Positions 36,637-49,837 are shown, counted from the stretch's first letter. The stretch: DNA of 64,000 nucleotides from Saccostrea echinata (GCF_033153115.1 NW_026889750.1:868001-932000); one strand, 5' to 3'. Numbers and translations: made by a program. The notes: generated from the letters alone by a model not told the origin.

Positions 36637-39600
36637 ATGCTACGTCCCTGGGCTACATGCATATGTCATCCTTTGCAAATTTTTTCCCCTCAAATTATTT
36701 GGCTTTATGGTCGTTTTTGGTATTAGATATTGGTTTAAAATTTTAATAGATGAAAATGATGCAAATACCTAGTTAGATACTAGAAATTCCATATAATATT
36801 ATGTAGATTCCATATAATAATATGTAGGGGTGGGAATGTATCAGTAAAATTGATATAAACATATTTTGGTGAATACCTCGTGCATGCGCTGAAGAACCAT
36901 GGCTCTCTTGGCTTTGTCGGACGGAATAAGTTGAGTTCCCTTATCTTTGTAGGTACTCTGTATAGAAATTAATTTTACTTTAAAATATAAAATAAAGTAA
37001 CCCCCCCCCCCCCTCAAAAAAGGAACGTTTTACATAAAACAGCTAGCAGAAAATTTATAAAATATATATTACTGACTTAACAGATACATTTCTAAATACG
37101 ATGCATTATGTACAATGTAAATACGATGTTCACCGACACGTCTTGAGAAAATAAAGTAGAGCAAAATATATTATGTATGGAAGTCTATAAAATTCAATCA
37201 ATGTAGGTTGGTAAATGTCCCTGAATTATTCCAAAGCATATTGCAATGCTATCCATATTTTAGGAACAGCAGGGCGTGTGAAATATATCTTACACCGTAA
37301 ACTCGAAACTGTGCGAAGCATCAATACATGAAGTCATCTTCGCTAGCCAAGGATTTTCGGTCCGCTCTGCTCCCCATGAGCGGACCAAAAAACTCTTGGC
37401 TAGCGAAGATGACATGAAGTGTCCATATATATATTTGCTGTTGTAACAAAGTTCTTTTCAACGCAATTGTTCAATATGTATACGATGGAAATGGGGGATA
37501 AAAAAGGATTTAAAAATACACGTATTGTGCATTAAACTCTGCCAATAGATCGGATTGTCTTAAAATATGTGATAATGGAAAATGGTAAGAGTCGTACCCA
37601 AACCGAACATTTATTTTGTCTAAATGTAACCAAATGAACCAAATTTCTTGATTATGAATGCAAGGTCATGATGTGTCCAGGACATGACTGCATAAAAAGA
37701 CATAGTAACAATATTAAGAAATGTCGGCAGGTGAAACACAATTCATGGTGACATTGGCATATACAGGAAAGAATTACCCACGGCTACTCTTTGCAGCGGC
37801 CCATGTCAAGCATCGTAAATGTACTAAAATATTGGCGTTTTGGAGGTTAAGGAAACATGAAGCAAGGACCCGGTAAACATGAAAAATACGTTTATTTGTC
37901 AAAACATTTGTATTCTTACGGGACAATATTTGCACTCCGGTTTTTGGATGATCTATCACATTTCAGATTATTTAAATGTCCTGACTTGAAATGATTTCCG
38001 TGGGTAAAGCGGTTAACTTCGTCTCAGGCCCGTAGGAAGCAATTTCAGTTTTAGGGGGCACAGCCATACATTTTCAGTTGGGGGCACTATCAACTACCAA
38101 AAATTCCTTGACAAGCAAAAAAAAAAAAAAAAAAAAAAAAAAAGGTCATCAGACGTTTTTATTGAGGGGGCATTTAGTAGCTATGTTTTCTATAGCATTC
38201 TATATATCGGCAAAATTATTGGAGGGGGCACCCCCTCTCCCGTGCCTCCCGGTTCCTACGGCCATGCGTCTGGTGAATGCAGTAATCGAACATTACAACA
38301 TACTACGGATTCTGTCGGAGGCAAAGCAGATAGTTATACTTACAAATGAATTATTTATAGTAAAAACAAATGCTCAGTTGCATTTATGTGTGCACTTTTA
38401 TATTGCCAAATCGCTGAAATTTGCAAGAACTAATAGTATGAAGTAAAGGATAGTGCACTGTACACTAACCTCTAAGTAATCACATACGGCACTAGATTCG
38501 TTCACCACTATGTCGCCATCTTTGAATACGGGCACCTGTAACGAAGATAGACAGTGGTAATTTTACCAATACATGTCATATGTAAAAGTTGATTAAAAAT
38601 TTTCTTTAAAAAAGGGCGAAAAGCAGTCCAATATCAACTGGCGAAATTCAATCCTCAAAGCTGACTATAAGGATGATATATATACATCACCCGTATACTA
38701 GTACCATAATTTTGTTTCTGAGTGTCTAATAGGCTTAATTACTTAATTCATCAACATCCTGGCTTCATTTAAAGATAAACGGTGAAACTCACATACTTAA
38801 ACCTATCTACGAACTCAAGTTCGCTGGTCTGAAAAAATTGGGATGGACGACCTGTCAATATTTTATTTCGGAGAGCTACAGTTCTGCAGCGAGACAGGGA
38901 TTTTGATGCAAGACTTTGCCTTTGTTTTTCATATAGCCTGCAGAGCTGTACGACAATTGCTCCATAGGGGCTTGTCTTCCGGGGGTATTTTTTCCAAGAT
39001 GAGAGCTTTCGTCCCTTCAGTGTAGAGTTTATGTATATAGGTGTGGTACGTCTTTTTTAAACGTGGGTTTCCTTGACTGAAAGCTTCAGAATCTTTATTT
39101 TAACAACTTTTAAATGTATTTAAAGTAGATTCAAAATTTTATTAATTTATTTTACATTAATTTTAGCAATCCGGAAACAAGCCCCTATGATTTGCTCGAC
39201 ATCTATCTGTCCGTCTGTCAAGGCCAAATATTACAAATTTAGCATGAGGAAATTTTGAAATATTAGTTTTCCTCGACCAAAGACCTTTTGTAAAAAATTT
39301 TACATTGTTACTAATCTCATGTCCTTGAATTTGACCTTTGATTTTCGTTAAAGGTATTTTTTTAAGTAACAATATTTAAAAAAAATGCTGATTGCAAAAT
39401 ACATTAAGTTAAATTGTTTGTACTATCTAGAGATAGATTTTTTTTTAAAAATTAGGGAGTGTGATTAAGGCGGAATTTTGCTTTGCAAGAAATATATCCC
39501 ATTCGAAAAAGAGTGAAAAATAATTTCTGCCAAACTATTTTCTAAATCTTACCTGACCCCGGGGATTAAGTTTTAGAACATCTGGTCCCTTATTTTCCTG

Positions 39601-39720
39601 CTTACTGAATTGAATCAGTTTGTTCTTGTATCCCCCAAATCCCTTCTCCTCCAGAACGATCATGGCCTTCCAGCAGGGGATGCTCCCCGACCCCCAGTAC
39701 AGAAACATGTTCTCGGCCAT
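35559..39720 (-). CDS. Glutathione S-transferase, rho-class-like, copy 3 (227 aa, 6 exons)
   Basis: Exons 39553-39720, 38470-38535, 36877-36957, 36447-36527, 36013-36081 and 35559-35777; open frame. Confidence 0.95.
36550..36632. repeat. (TA)n microsatellite about 20 bp from the GST3 exon 4 acceptor
   Basis: Direct. Confidence 0.98.
37335..37411. mobile_element. 77-bp hairpin MITE with 9-bp TSD
   Basis: CATCTTCGCTAGCCAAG..GGTCCGCTC / GAGCGGACC..CTTGGCTAGCGAAGATG, flanked by ACATGAAGT (37326-37334, 37412-37420). Confidence 0.85.
38025..38266. mobile_element. hAT-like MITE with 5-bp TSD
   Basis: CAGGCCCGTAGGAA...TTCCTACGGCCATG, flanked by CGTCT on both sides. Confidence 0.75.
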
Positions 39721-41621
39721 CTTTTACAAGCGTCTACTGCAGGGTTCCTGATGTGTCCGTGTGGAGAAACCAAAGTTCAGCAGTGTTTATATAGAGGTTT
39801 AATGGTTAACCTTGAGGAAAGAGTTTAAATTGTAGAGCAAAGCTGCCACCTCGAAATCGTCAATATATCGAATATTTCAAAATACTCCACTTACACCCCC
39901 GAGTACTGTGAAGCATCCGTGAATGAAATATAGAGCAAACAAACTAGTTTAAAGTGATACTGTTGGCTTCTATTTCTCAATTTTTCATCTCATTATTTCC
40001 CCCACAAATTAGCAGTAAGATGAGTGGACATATTCAGTTTCTACTGTCATGTTCTAATTTCTGAACTTAATGAAAGGAGTAAAAGTAGAAATTACAGCAT
40101 GACATTACATGCTTTAGTAAAAAAAAAAAAAAACAAAAAAACGAAAAAAAAAAACCCCAGAATAAAGGGAAAGTGAGTTTTTCACATAAAACAGAGAAAA
40201 AAATATGAATAAGCATGCACCATACGCATATGACATATTTTATGAGACATTTTGTTACACAAAATAATGTTATTATATGTTTTTTTTTCTTTTTCTTAGC
40301 AGTTTGAGCAATTTTGTTCAGAAAATTTTGAAATCCAACGTTTCAATTCTGTGAAAATGTTGAGATCCATACAGTGAAATGAGGGAGTCCATCAGGAAGG
40401 CGGTGGGTGCACTTCGCTTATGTTCAGACCAATGAACCACGTTAGATAATTATTACTGATAACTTCAAACTTTGGATTAAGTAGTGTTTTGAAATAGCGA
40501 CCCAATGGATTTATTTTCATAAGAGAAAAATAAAACGAAGTACCCATCAATGAATTTTTAGTAGGGAAAAGTTGTATTGATGCTGAAATGAGGAAAAACT
40601 GTAAATCCTTCAACAACTCTCTACTTATATATTTATACAGGAAATCGCACATAACCTTCTCCCTTGCTATCAAGGGATGGGACATTTAGTCAGTATATGT
40701 TATCTTGTGTTCTGCTATTTCGCACTAGAATATAGAAGTTTCGTAAAATTTTTCAATCTACTTAATTTTTTTCCCATAGCTAAGTCCATCTCCTAGACTA
40801 TGAGTATCACCCTGATAGTTAATTACAGCTTAGGTTTCCCCCTACTATGCTTATGATGATTGAAAGTTTTTTTTTTAAAAAAAATATACATGGTTTATCC
40901 AAGTTACAAATTTCATGTAAACTTAGAGGCCAGCGGAAAATTTCAATATATCACAAGGCAATAATTTTATAAATATGTTTTAAGAATTACCCAATTCATT
41001 TCAATTTTCAAGCGAATACATTGTATATAATAAAGTTTTGATAATTTGAAAATTATACATGATGAAAAAATATATGAGAAAGGTGCTACAAGGAGTGTTA
41101 GTTTAAATTCCAGAGCATTTCTCCAGTCTTGCATGATTGCGTATTGAAATCAAAGAATTCTGATAACGACCGAGTTAAATGAAAATACAGAGTACTACAA
41201 GAAAGATTAATCTTTTATAACTAACAAACCACTTAATTAGCACATTCCATATTGATATCACTCTCGAAAGCTATAAAAAGTGCAAATGTGTGGTAATTAA
41301 TAAGAAAAAACACAAGTCCATCTACTCAATAATCACTTAGATCGTCATTTTACACAAAAGAATAACAAAATAATAAAACAAATTGATGAATTTTTTCCTG
41401 TCACTGTTTGCACGTAATTCTTATTTACAGTTATGTATCAATGAAAAAAATATTTCAATACTAATAGACGTATGCTTATTATAAAAGAAAAATGAAATCG
41501 CACCGTTTGGCTTGAATGAACACATTGTTGAATAAGACAAATTCTTATTAATATGGCACCATTAAATCATATAAAAAAACTGTACTGTATTTTTTCTCTC
41601 AAGAGTCTCTAAAAAATGTCT

Positions 41622-44600
41622 CTATAAGCGACCTGCCAAAGGTGTCATAGAGGGTTTGCTTTCCTTCCAGTGAGGGGGCCACGTGGTTTTGATGCTTGGT
41701 CTTGCGCATGCTCTCTCATAGTATGCTTTAATATTTGGAAATTTTTCCAGATTCAAACCCAAACGTACACCAAATGCAATGAAAGGGAAGAAGTATACGT
41801 CCGCCATAGAAAAGTCGGATCCAGCTAAAAAGGCGCCTGTCTACAACAGAGTTCAAAGAATATGAGCGTTTTAAATCTAGCTATGCTTATGACAAATTGT
41901 CCATTAAATAAAAAAAAAATGGGTAAAGTTTGCTTAATTTTTTTGCTGGGAATGTTACATTAACACTGGACTGGAAACAAATGTGCGTCAGCGAGTAAAA
42001 GCTAAAAATTTGAATATTTCCGTCTCTCTCTGCATGCAACATATTTATAAATTAATTTCAACAACCAGATTTCTCTTTTTGAGACTTTGAAAAATTGCAC
42101 GTAAATGTAACATACTATTGCTATATCACAATCTTGCGAGAGCCAGCTTATTTACATACCTTCTCTAGATAACCGTCCCATATTTCTAGCTCTTCTTTCA
42201 AAGTCTTTGTCTTTTTGGCCAGTGCTTCCTATTTTAAAATAAAATAAAACAAATAAGCCTAGTTACAGGAATCAAATATTCTGCAAAACATACAAGTAAT
42301 TCATCACTACAGAGTAACTTAAAAAACGACTAACAAAATAAATCACTTTCATGGCAGATTTCCCCAATACTACCCCCCCCCCCTTTTGTGAATTTTTAGT
42401 CCACGCATAGAAATGACATTTCATACCGGGTCCATGTCTTCTTCTTTGGTCTCAAAAAATTCATACAAAAAATCAAGCAGCATCTTCTGCATTAGGTTAG
42501 CAACCGCCTAGGGGAAAAACATTTTTTACATAAAACTTTTCTTGTTTACAGTAATTCTACAAATGGTAGTTTTCACGGGTTTTCAGAGTTTTGTGTTCAC
42601 CTCATGCATTCTTTGAAGAACAAGTGCCCTCTGTTTTGGATCAGATGGAATGAGTTGAGTACCATTATCCTTAAAAGTACTCTGAAAAAAGGACGCATTT
42701 AAATGTGTCGTTGCAATGTTTCAAAACTTAAAAGGCAGAATAAAATCAACGAGAAAGCATGTATGTTTGTGTGCTTACCTCCAGATATTCGCAGATGGCA
42801 TTGGACTCGTTCACTACGATTGTACCATGTGTAAAAGCTGGTACCTGTATCATACAATTATGTATTATAAATTATATGTTGATCCTTATGTTGATATATA
42901 TATAAAGTGTTAAATTCACTTTATATTTTTACACCTTTCGCCTGGGAAAGACCTAGTATGGTAATGCATAACTCTATGTATTTTTCATTATGACTGGCTG
43001 TAAACTCGATTCCAATCGTTGATTAGCAGTGTTACGGGTGATAGCTATTACTATTTATATGTAGACACTAAGAGATTATGACTGGCTGTAAATTCGATTC
43101 CAATCTTTGACTATCAGTGTTACGGGTGATAGCTATTACTATTTATATGTAGACACTAAGAGATACCAGGAGAACTGTAAACGTTCACTAAACCAACACC
43201 ATTTCCTCCTTCTTTTTGTCGTTTAGAATAATTTTTTTTTTAATTTTTTGTTCACCAGAAAGTGAGCTTTTCTGATCACTCATTGTCCGTCCGTCTGTCT
43301 AGCTGTCCGTCCTTCTGTAAACTTTTTATATAATTCTCAAGAACAACTAGGCTAGTTTTAATCAAATTTGGCTCAAAGCATCCTGTTTTGAATTGTTCAA
43401 CTAAAGGGCCGTACATGACTTTCATTGGGAGACTTATGTTGTAAACTTTTGTAAATAAAATTTTGAATTTTAAGAGACATTCTCTGTAATGACTTGAACT
43501 TTTATATAGGAGCTGTGGCACGCATAGTCTCAGAATTTCTCCAAACTGGCATTTTCAACATTGTAGTATCTGTGCGACTGTCCCGTGGTACAACTTACTG
43601 TCTGTATTACGTCAGACGGCGGGACAGTCGCACGGACCTATTCTACACGTGGATGCCGAGCTGACAGGACGTGTCAGGGACAGCAGCGGAGTGGGGAGTC
43701 GGCCCGGGCCAGAACCTACGGATCTGTATATGTGTTTGTATATATGGTTAATAAATATTAGTAAAGAACCTCAAGACTTTAACATGTTCAGAGTCCCACA
43801 GTTAACGTTTGCAGCAAAGCAAACAAGTGGCAATGAGTGTTTCTAAAAGTTGAAGGCCTGGTGTCTTAAATGCATGATAAAAATGTTTGGTTAATCAATT
43901 ATTACAAACAATACTATGGAAACAAAGTATTCAAAAATAATAATTTTGTTCATTTAATTTTATAAAGACATACAGTTAAGAATTAAAACAATTATAGGTT
44001 GAAATGCAAGCAAATAATAGACAAAAGATCCTTGTAACATATACCAAGGACGAAATATGATATTTCTTATAGGTTGGAAATGGTTGCCATGGTTTTAATA
44101 CCACAAAGCCTGAAAGGGATTTTAAATTTACTCTCTTAGTGTTTTAATCTTATCCTATCTTTTTAAAATACATATTTCTGTATAACTGATGATCAATTTT
44201 TAAAGGCGTTGGTGTGACCCTAATTTTCACATTTCAAAAAATTCAAATTCAATTCTTTATATAGAGCGTTGCTATGGAAATAAGGCAAAAAACATGCCTG
44301 AAAAAATGAAAAATATTCTGTTTCCTTGGATACATACCCTTATATGTAGATTCCCAAAACTTTAAAGATTGATATATATGAACAACTAATCTGACTTTCA
44401 ATTTTTACTACCACCCAATCTCTAACTGGATGCAAAAAGCTGGCACAAAGGGTTTTATATTGACTTAAAATTAACAAAATCGAACATTTTCTCTTCTTGG
44501 TAACCATAGCAACAGTGTTGTATTTTTCAACAAACTTTATCAATATATGATATTCAACTTTAGTTCTACCAGATAAGTACTATTCAAGGTGAGTCAAATA

Positions 44601-46639
44601 ATATGTTTCTTGATTAAAAGGTTAGTAAATTCCTAAAGCAGCAAAAAAATATCACTTTAAACAACTAGTATGTTGTTTCCATGGTTACACTGCAAAGTAA
44701 CAATTAATCCCAGTTTTTCTTATGTTGTCGGTGTTGCAAGGTCCTAAGTATGCATATGTGCTAGTCATGAATTTTATTGTTTTTCTTCAAGATAGTAGCA
44801 TTAACCCAATCACAGCAACAGATTTTGCATAGCAACACTGTGTTACCATGGCAACCACGAAAGTTATTTTTAGAATAATATTGCCAATACCTAATTACTT
44901 AAGGTCAAAATTAATATTTTTTATTGTTTTTCTTAGGTTGTTGATTGAGTTTGATCATGTAACATCAATCATTTGTGAATATTGAGTGTTTTTCAGCATT
45001 TTTTAGTATCTAAAATGTATTCCAAATGTACCCATGGTTACCACTTACTTAGAGATAAATTCTAAATAGTTTCTGTATAGCGTAAGTGGCAACAAGGTGT
45101 CATGTTTTTGTGAGAATGGTTTGTTTGTTTTTCTTAGTCTTCATTAAGGCTTAATAAAGATTCAAAGTAGCTATAAATCTCAATTTTTCCAACTTTTCTG
45201 GCTGTTACCACGGCAACCAAGACACATAGAAACGAAATTTAATTTGATATATGTTTCTGGTGTCAAGTTGTAATAATGGGCAAAGTTTCATCAAAATCGG
45301 TGACCATGCGTGGTAAAGAAGTTTAATACACACAGAGAATCGCTATTAATATTTAACGCGTCTATACAATCTTTTGATACTGTCATGTTCTAAATTTTGA
45401 ATTTTCTAGATGGAAGTAATTTAAGTACAAAATTTAGAAGTTCTAAATTTTGTTAAAACTTTTACTCCCATCCAGTAATTCTAAATTTAGAAAATGACAA
45501 TTTATTTCAAAGCTATGTTACCTAAACTTTTAAAGAATTCGAAAAATTCAGAGTTGATTGATGAATGATGACATAACCAATTTATTTCTTTCATTCGCAA
45601 GTTCAAAAAAGGTTGCATACTTAATGTTGGGACTTTTTTAACCCACCCACCCCAAACACACATACACACACTCAAAATGACTTTGGTGTAAAATGTAAAA
45701 CTTTGATCCCCTGTTGTGGCCCCACTTTACCCCCCGGGACATGATTTGAACAATTTAGAATCTACATTGCAATGGGAAGCGTCCACTTAAGCTGTTGTCA
45801 TCTCTTTTGGCTCAGTGGTTCTTGAGAAGAAGATTTTTAAAGAATTCTTTACTATCTATTTCGATGTAAAGCTTAAATCCCCTATTGTAGCCCCATACTA
45901 ACCCATAGCCATGATTTGAACAATTTAAAAAAAATCTACACTACCCTAGAAAGCCTCCACATAACTTTCATTTCTTCTGGCCCAGTGGATCTTGAGAAGA
46001 AGATTTTTTAATGACTCCACCCTATTTTTTCCTTTTCTTGACTTTTCTCCCCTTGGAATAAGACTTGTCTGACACAATCAGTGAGAAAATGCCAAGACTA
46101 TGAAGTACATTATAAGCATAGCCACTCCCTATCTTAATATTATAAATTATAACTGTTTGAAATTTTATCAACTGGATATAATCTGTAATTTTTAAAATCT
46201 ATTGCACACTGATTATTTTACCCATACACGTTAAATTTAACTCGAAAACTCTTAATAATGCACGGACATTCTTCGACTGTACCGATGCGTGATTAAATTT
46301 TTAATTTTAAATATGACGATATAAGTACTCCATACATGTGAAAGGTCAATAGATTCAAGCGCCGTGAAATAAGTGGTCAATGCGGGTCAGTCAGTGTTGT
46401 CAAGGTTAGTTACCGTTGATCATGTTAACTAATTAAAATAGAATTGTAATTAAACATCAAAATATAATCACCTCTCCTCTCGGGTTAAATTTGAGGACGT
46501 CTGGTCCCTTCTGCTCGTTTTTGTCAAAGGAGATCATCTTGTTTTTGTATCCATTGAAGCCTTTTTCTTCGAGAGCAAGCATTGCTTTCCAGCAGGGAAC
46601 GCTTCCAGACCCCCAGAATAAAAACATGTCCTCTGCCAT
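41622..46639 (-). CDS. Glutathione S-transferase, rho-class-like, copy 4 (227 aa, 6 exons, most divergent)
   Basis: Exons 46472-46639, 42779-42844, 42601-42681, 42427-42507, 42160-42228 and 41622-41840. Protein: MAEDMFLFWGSGSVPCWK..NPRGEVPAF..NESNAICEYLE..RPSIKTTWPPHW. Confidence 0.95.
42987..43163. repeat. Recent tandem duplication of about 88 bp
   Basis: ATTATGACTGGCTGTAAA...GTAGACACTAAGAG occurs twice with few mismatches. Confidence 0.9.
43572..45350. mobile_element. Unclassified insertion with a GC-rich terminal hairpin and repeated GTTRCCATGGYAAC-like motifs
   Basis: GTGCGACTGTCCCG...CGGGACAGTCGCAC hairpin (43572-43632); about 8 X-box-like palindromes at 44083-45216; boundaries approximate. 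Confidence 0.45.
45690..46070 (-). repeat. About 2 monomers of a ~170-bp oyster-type satellite / Helitron-pearl internal repeat
   Basis: TGTAAA.CTT..ATCCCCT.TTGT.GCCCC..CATGATTTGAACAATTT..TTGAGAAGAAGATTTTT at 45694 and 45865. Confidence 0.7.
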
Positions 46640-47245
46640 TGTCGATTTTGTACAAAATTGTCGAAAAAGTCTAGTGTGTTGGAAAATCGTTTTCCCCAAA
46701 TACGGCGGCATGTAGGTGTTATACATGTGCATGTCTAGCTGTTTCAAAGTCTAGCGATTTCTGAAGCAGTGGATAGACTTTATACAATTGCATTTTGGTT
46801 GCACCATTCATCAGTTAAGTATCCCAAATAGCTGACAACAGAATGAATACTGTGGCAGGGAATTTATTATCACCGAGTTCTATTTTTTAAAATTTCGGCA
46901 TTTGAATACATGTGCACAGTGTGCTAAACAAAAAATCAAAGAAGGAGGTGAGTATCATTCGATTTATGAGGTTGGTTTATATCTTTTCTGCTGAAAATAT
47001 GTGACGTGCCGTACTGTACCAATCAGTTTCTACATATAACTTTCTCGACCCTATGGGGAGGTAGCAAAAATTAGAGGGCGACATTTGCGAGGGAGTAAGT
47101 GATCTCCTCGGTATACCATAGTTTATTGTATCGGTACATATTTGCCAAGCTTTTAAAAATCTGATGAACTATTAGTATCATTTGAATTACCTTGCAGCTA
47201 CATATCAGCTATGACTCGCTAGTAACAAGGATCCTACTGGACTTC

Positions 47246-48647
47246 ATGGATCTACGACAAAGATGGCTGACATTAGCGAGGGACATCCTGAGAATTCAGG
47301 AGGATGTCTGTCAAAAGTGGTGGGGGTACATTGAACAAAAATACAGCGAGAGTCAGAGACACTACCACACCTTAAGCCACTTGGAGGAAATGTTTCAACA
47401 TTTTGACCAGTATCATGAGAAATTGGACAAACCAGAACTTGTATCACTAGCTATATATTTTCACGAGTAAGATTCGAACACTTCTTTTCTAGAAGAATTT
47501 TGAAAGGTCTTCAGCTATAAAATTCCATTTGAAAAAAAAAATAATTATTACAATGTCTAATTAACGATATGGCTTATTGTAGAACACATACACCGTGTAA
47601 AAAATATATAAAATACATTCGCGGAAGCTGTAATATATTTTCAAATGTTTTAAATACATGTAATATTTTCTTATTAGTATCATTTATGATCCAAAAGCCT
47701 CAGACAACGAGGAAAGAAGTGCGGACGTGTTTACGCAGTTTGTGAAAGAATCCAGTGCTAACCTGGTGAGGATTAAAATAAAATTGTGTATTTCAGGGGG
47801 GAGCAGGATTACTGCAGAAAGAGGGGACCGTCATTTTTTTTTTAAATTTGTTTTTCTGATAAGATAGAGGGGAAGGCTCAAATGGGTCTTCAATTCTGGA
47901 ACATATTCTAACGTTGATTTCACTTTATAGAAAGAAGACGAGAGGGATAAAGTAAGACATTGGATTTTGCTCACAAAATCTCACAGTGTTCAGGAAAGAG
48001 CAGAAGCTGACTTGCAGTATTTTCTTGATATGGACATGGCGGTGCTTGGTAGAACCCCTGAAGGCACTTGCTTAGTTTTCTGAGTAACATTATATAAGTA
48101 ATGAAAATACATGTATATTTGCAACTGCGTAATTTTTTATATTTTTTTTTTGGTTGAAACTTATACTAATACGTAACATGGAATAGACCAGCTGCATAAA
48201 CTGTCTTGGTACGAATTTAGACCAAGTCCTATTAGGCTATGGACCACATTTTTAAGATTTTTCATCAAAATACACGTCAGCAATGAATCTCATTGTATAC
48301 TTGTGTTATCTGCTTCAGATTATAGGAAATATGCCGCACAGATCCGTGATGAATACAGTCATTATCCTGATCAGGATTATAGAAAAGGGAGATCAGCCGT
48401 AAGAACGCAACTAAATAACTCTGTTATATTAAACTATCTCCTTCTAAAGCAGCGATAATATGTTTACCTTACCATCTTACAGTGCAAGAACTTCTGACAT
48501 TTTAAAATTCTGCTCTTTATTTTTTTTTAGGTCTTAAAAGGATTTTCTCAGCGACAGAGAATTTATGCTTCAGACGAATTTCATAAACTATACCACGATA
48601 TTGCTGTTCAAAATATGACGGCCGAAATACTGACTTTACAGAGTTAG
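47246..48647 (+). CDS. Predicted metal-dependent HD-superfamily phosphohydrolase (COG4339-like), about 212 aa, 5 coding exons
   Basis: Exons 47246-47466, 47678-47765, 47931-48063, 48319-48398 and 48531-48647 give YSESQRHYHTLSHL..AIYFHDIIYDPKASDNEERSA..ILLTKSH..FLDMDMAVLG..IRDEYSH..GRSAVLKGF. The third donor is either GC at 48064 or an upstream GT. Confidence 0.85.
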
Positions 48648-49254
48648 TCAAGGCTTTGTGCCTTTCTATAAACAACTATGATACTCTTCATCCGTTGCAT
48701 TATAATATTTGATCAATTCATGTATTTAGAACTGTAATTTTCTATATTGATGTAGCTCGTTTATTTTTCCCACCTCACGAGGTTGATTTAAAAATAAAAT
48801 TCATGTAGACCTTACCAGTATGACAAACAATATGGCTGGTGGTTAAGATGATGCTCCACTTATGCATGTAATGGTGTAGTAATAGAGTAAAGATATTATG
48901 CATTGCAAATTTTGCATTAAAGTTTTTGCATACGCGTAGATTTACCAATACATAATTGCATATTTGTAAAGAACTATCAATGCAAAATTCGTCATTCGCA
49001 AATGTATTTCACCGATTGTATCATCTAAATGAAAAAAATGATGACTACAGAGAATCGTGCCAATTTTTTTTAAATCGTTATTACACAGAATCATTGAAAA
49101 CAACGTGTTTATTCAAATCGTACAATAAATAACGTCATAATAAAACGATTCAGTAATTTTGATTTTTTGAATCACAAGTGTACAAATAGATCTGATAATG
49201 ACTAGAACTGTGGAAAATGTCAGAAAGACCAAATGGATGACGGAAAACATTGCA

Positions 49255-49770
49255 TCACTCGTAGTAGAGGGCGTAAACCGAGCCGTCGGCAAAGATATGG
49301 CGGTTATGGAATGAAGCGGCAGCGAAGTTGTCTCTATCTGCGTCCCAGAGATACCGTGAGCCGATCTGTACCCCCTGGTTGTGCTTCTGTCCAATAGTAA
49401 CTGTACACACCAATTTATACCTAAGATAGACAGAAAGCCACGGAATCTTTTAACACGACATTGTAAAACATCAAATATGTAATGATTAGAAATGTGCGAC
49501 TTTCTGTAAAACTTTGAGAAAAAGAAAACCCCTTTATGTGAAGTTTTGAAACCATACATTTTCAAACTCCACGATGTAACAGTATTTAAGAAATTCTTAA
49601 CTTTGTCATGATTTTCATCAAAGATTGATATGGAGTAACACAGCGTGGTTTTGATAAAACCGACCTCTTGAAATCCAGTTCCTTAACTTTCTGTTTGATT
49701 TCGTCAGAGAGTTTCTTGGAAAGAATGGAACACTCTACAGGATCATATTTCTTCCCTACAGCAAACAAGT

Positions 49771-49837
<67 letters not shown>

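Noticed and set aside
36411-36746. ORFs with long (YI)n runs (also 23205 and 49668)
   Set aside because: Translations of (TA)n microsatellites.
49113-49565. 150-aa minus-strand ORF
   Set aside because: It is an alternative frame over the last Tctex1 exon; the real frame reads YKLVCTVTIGQ...YYE*.
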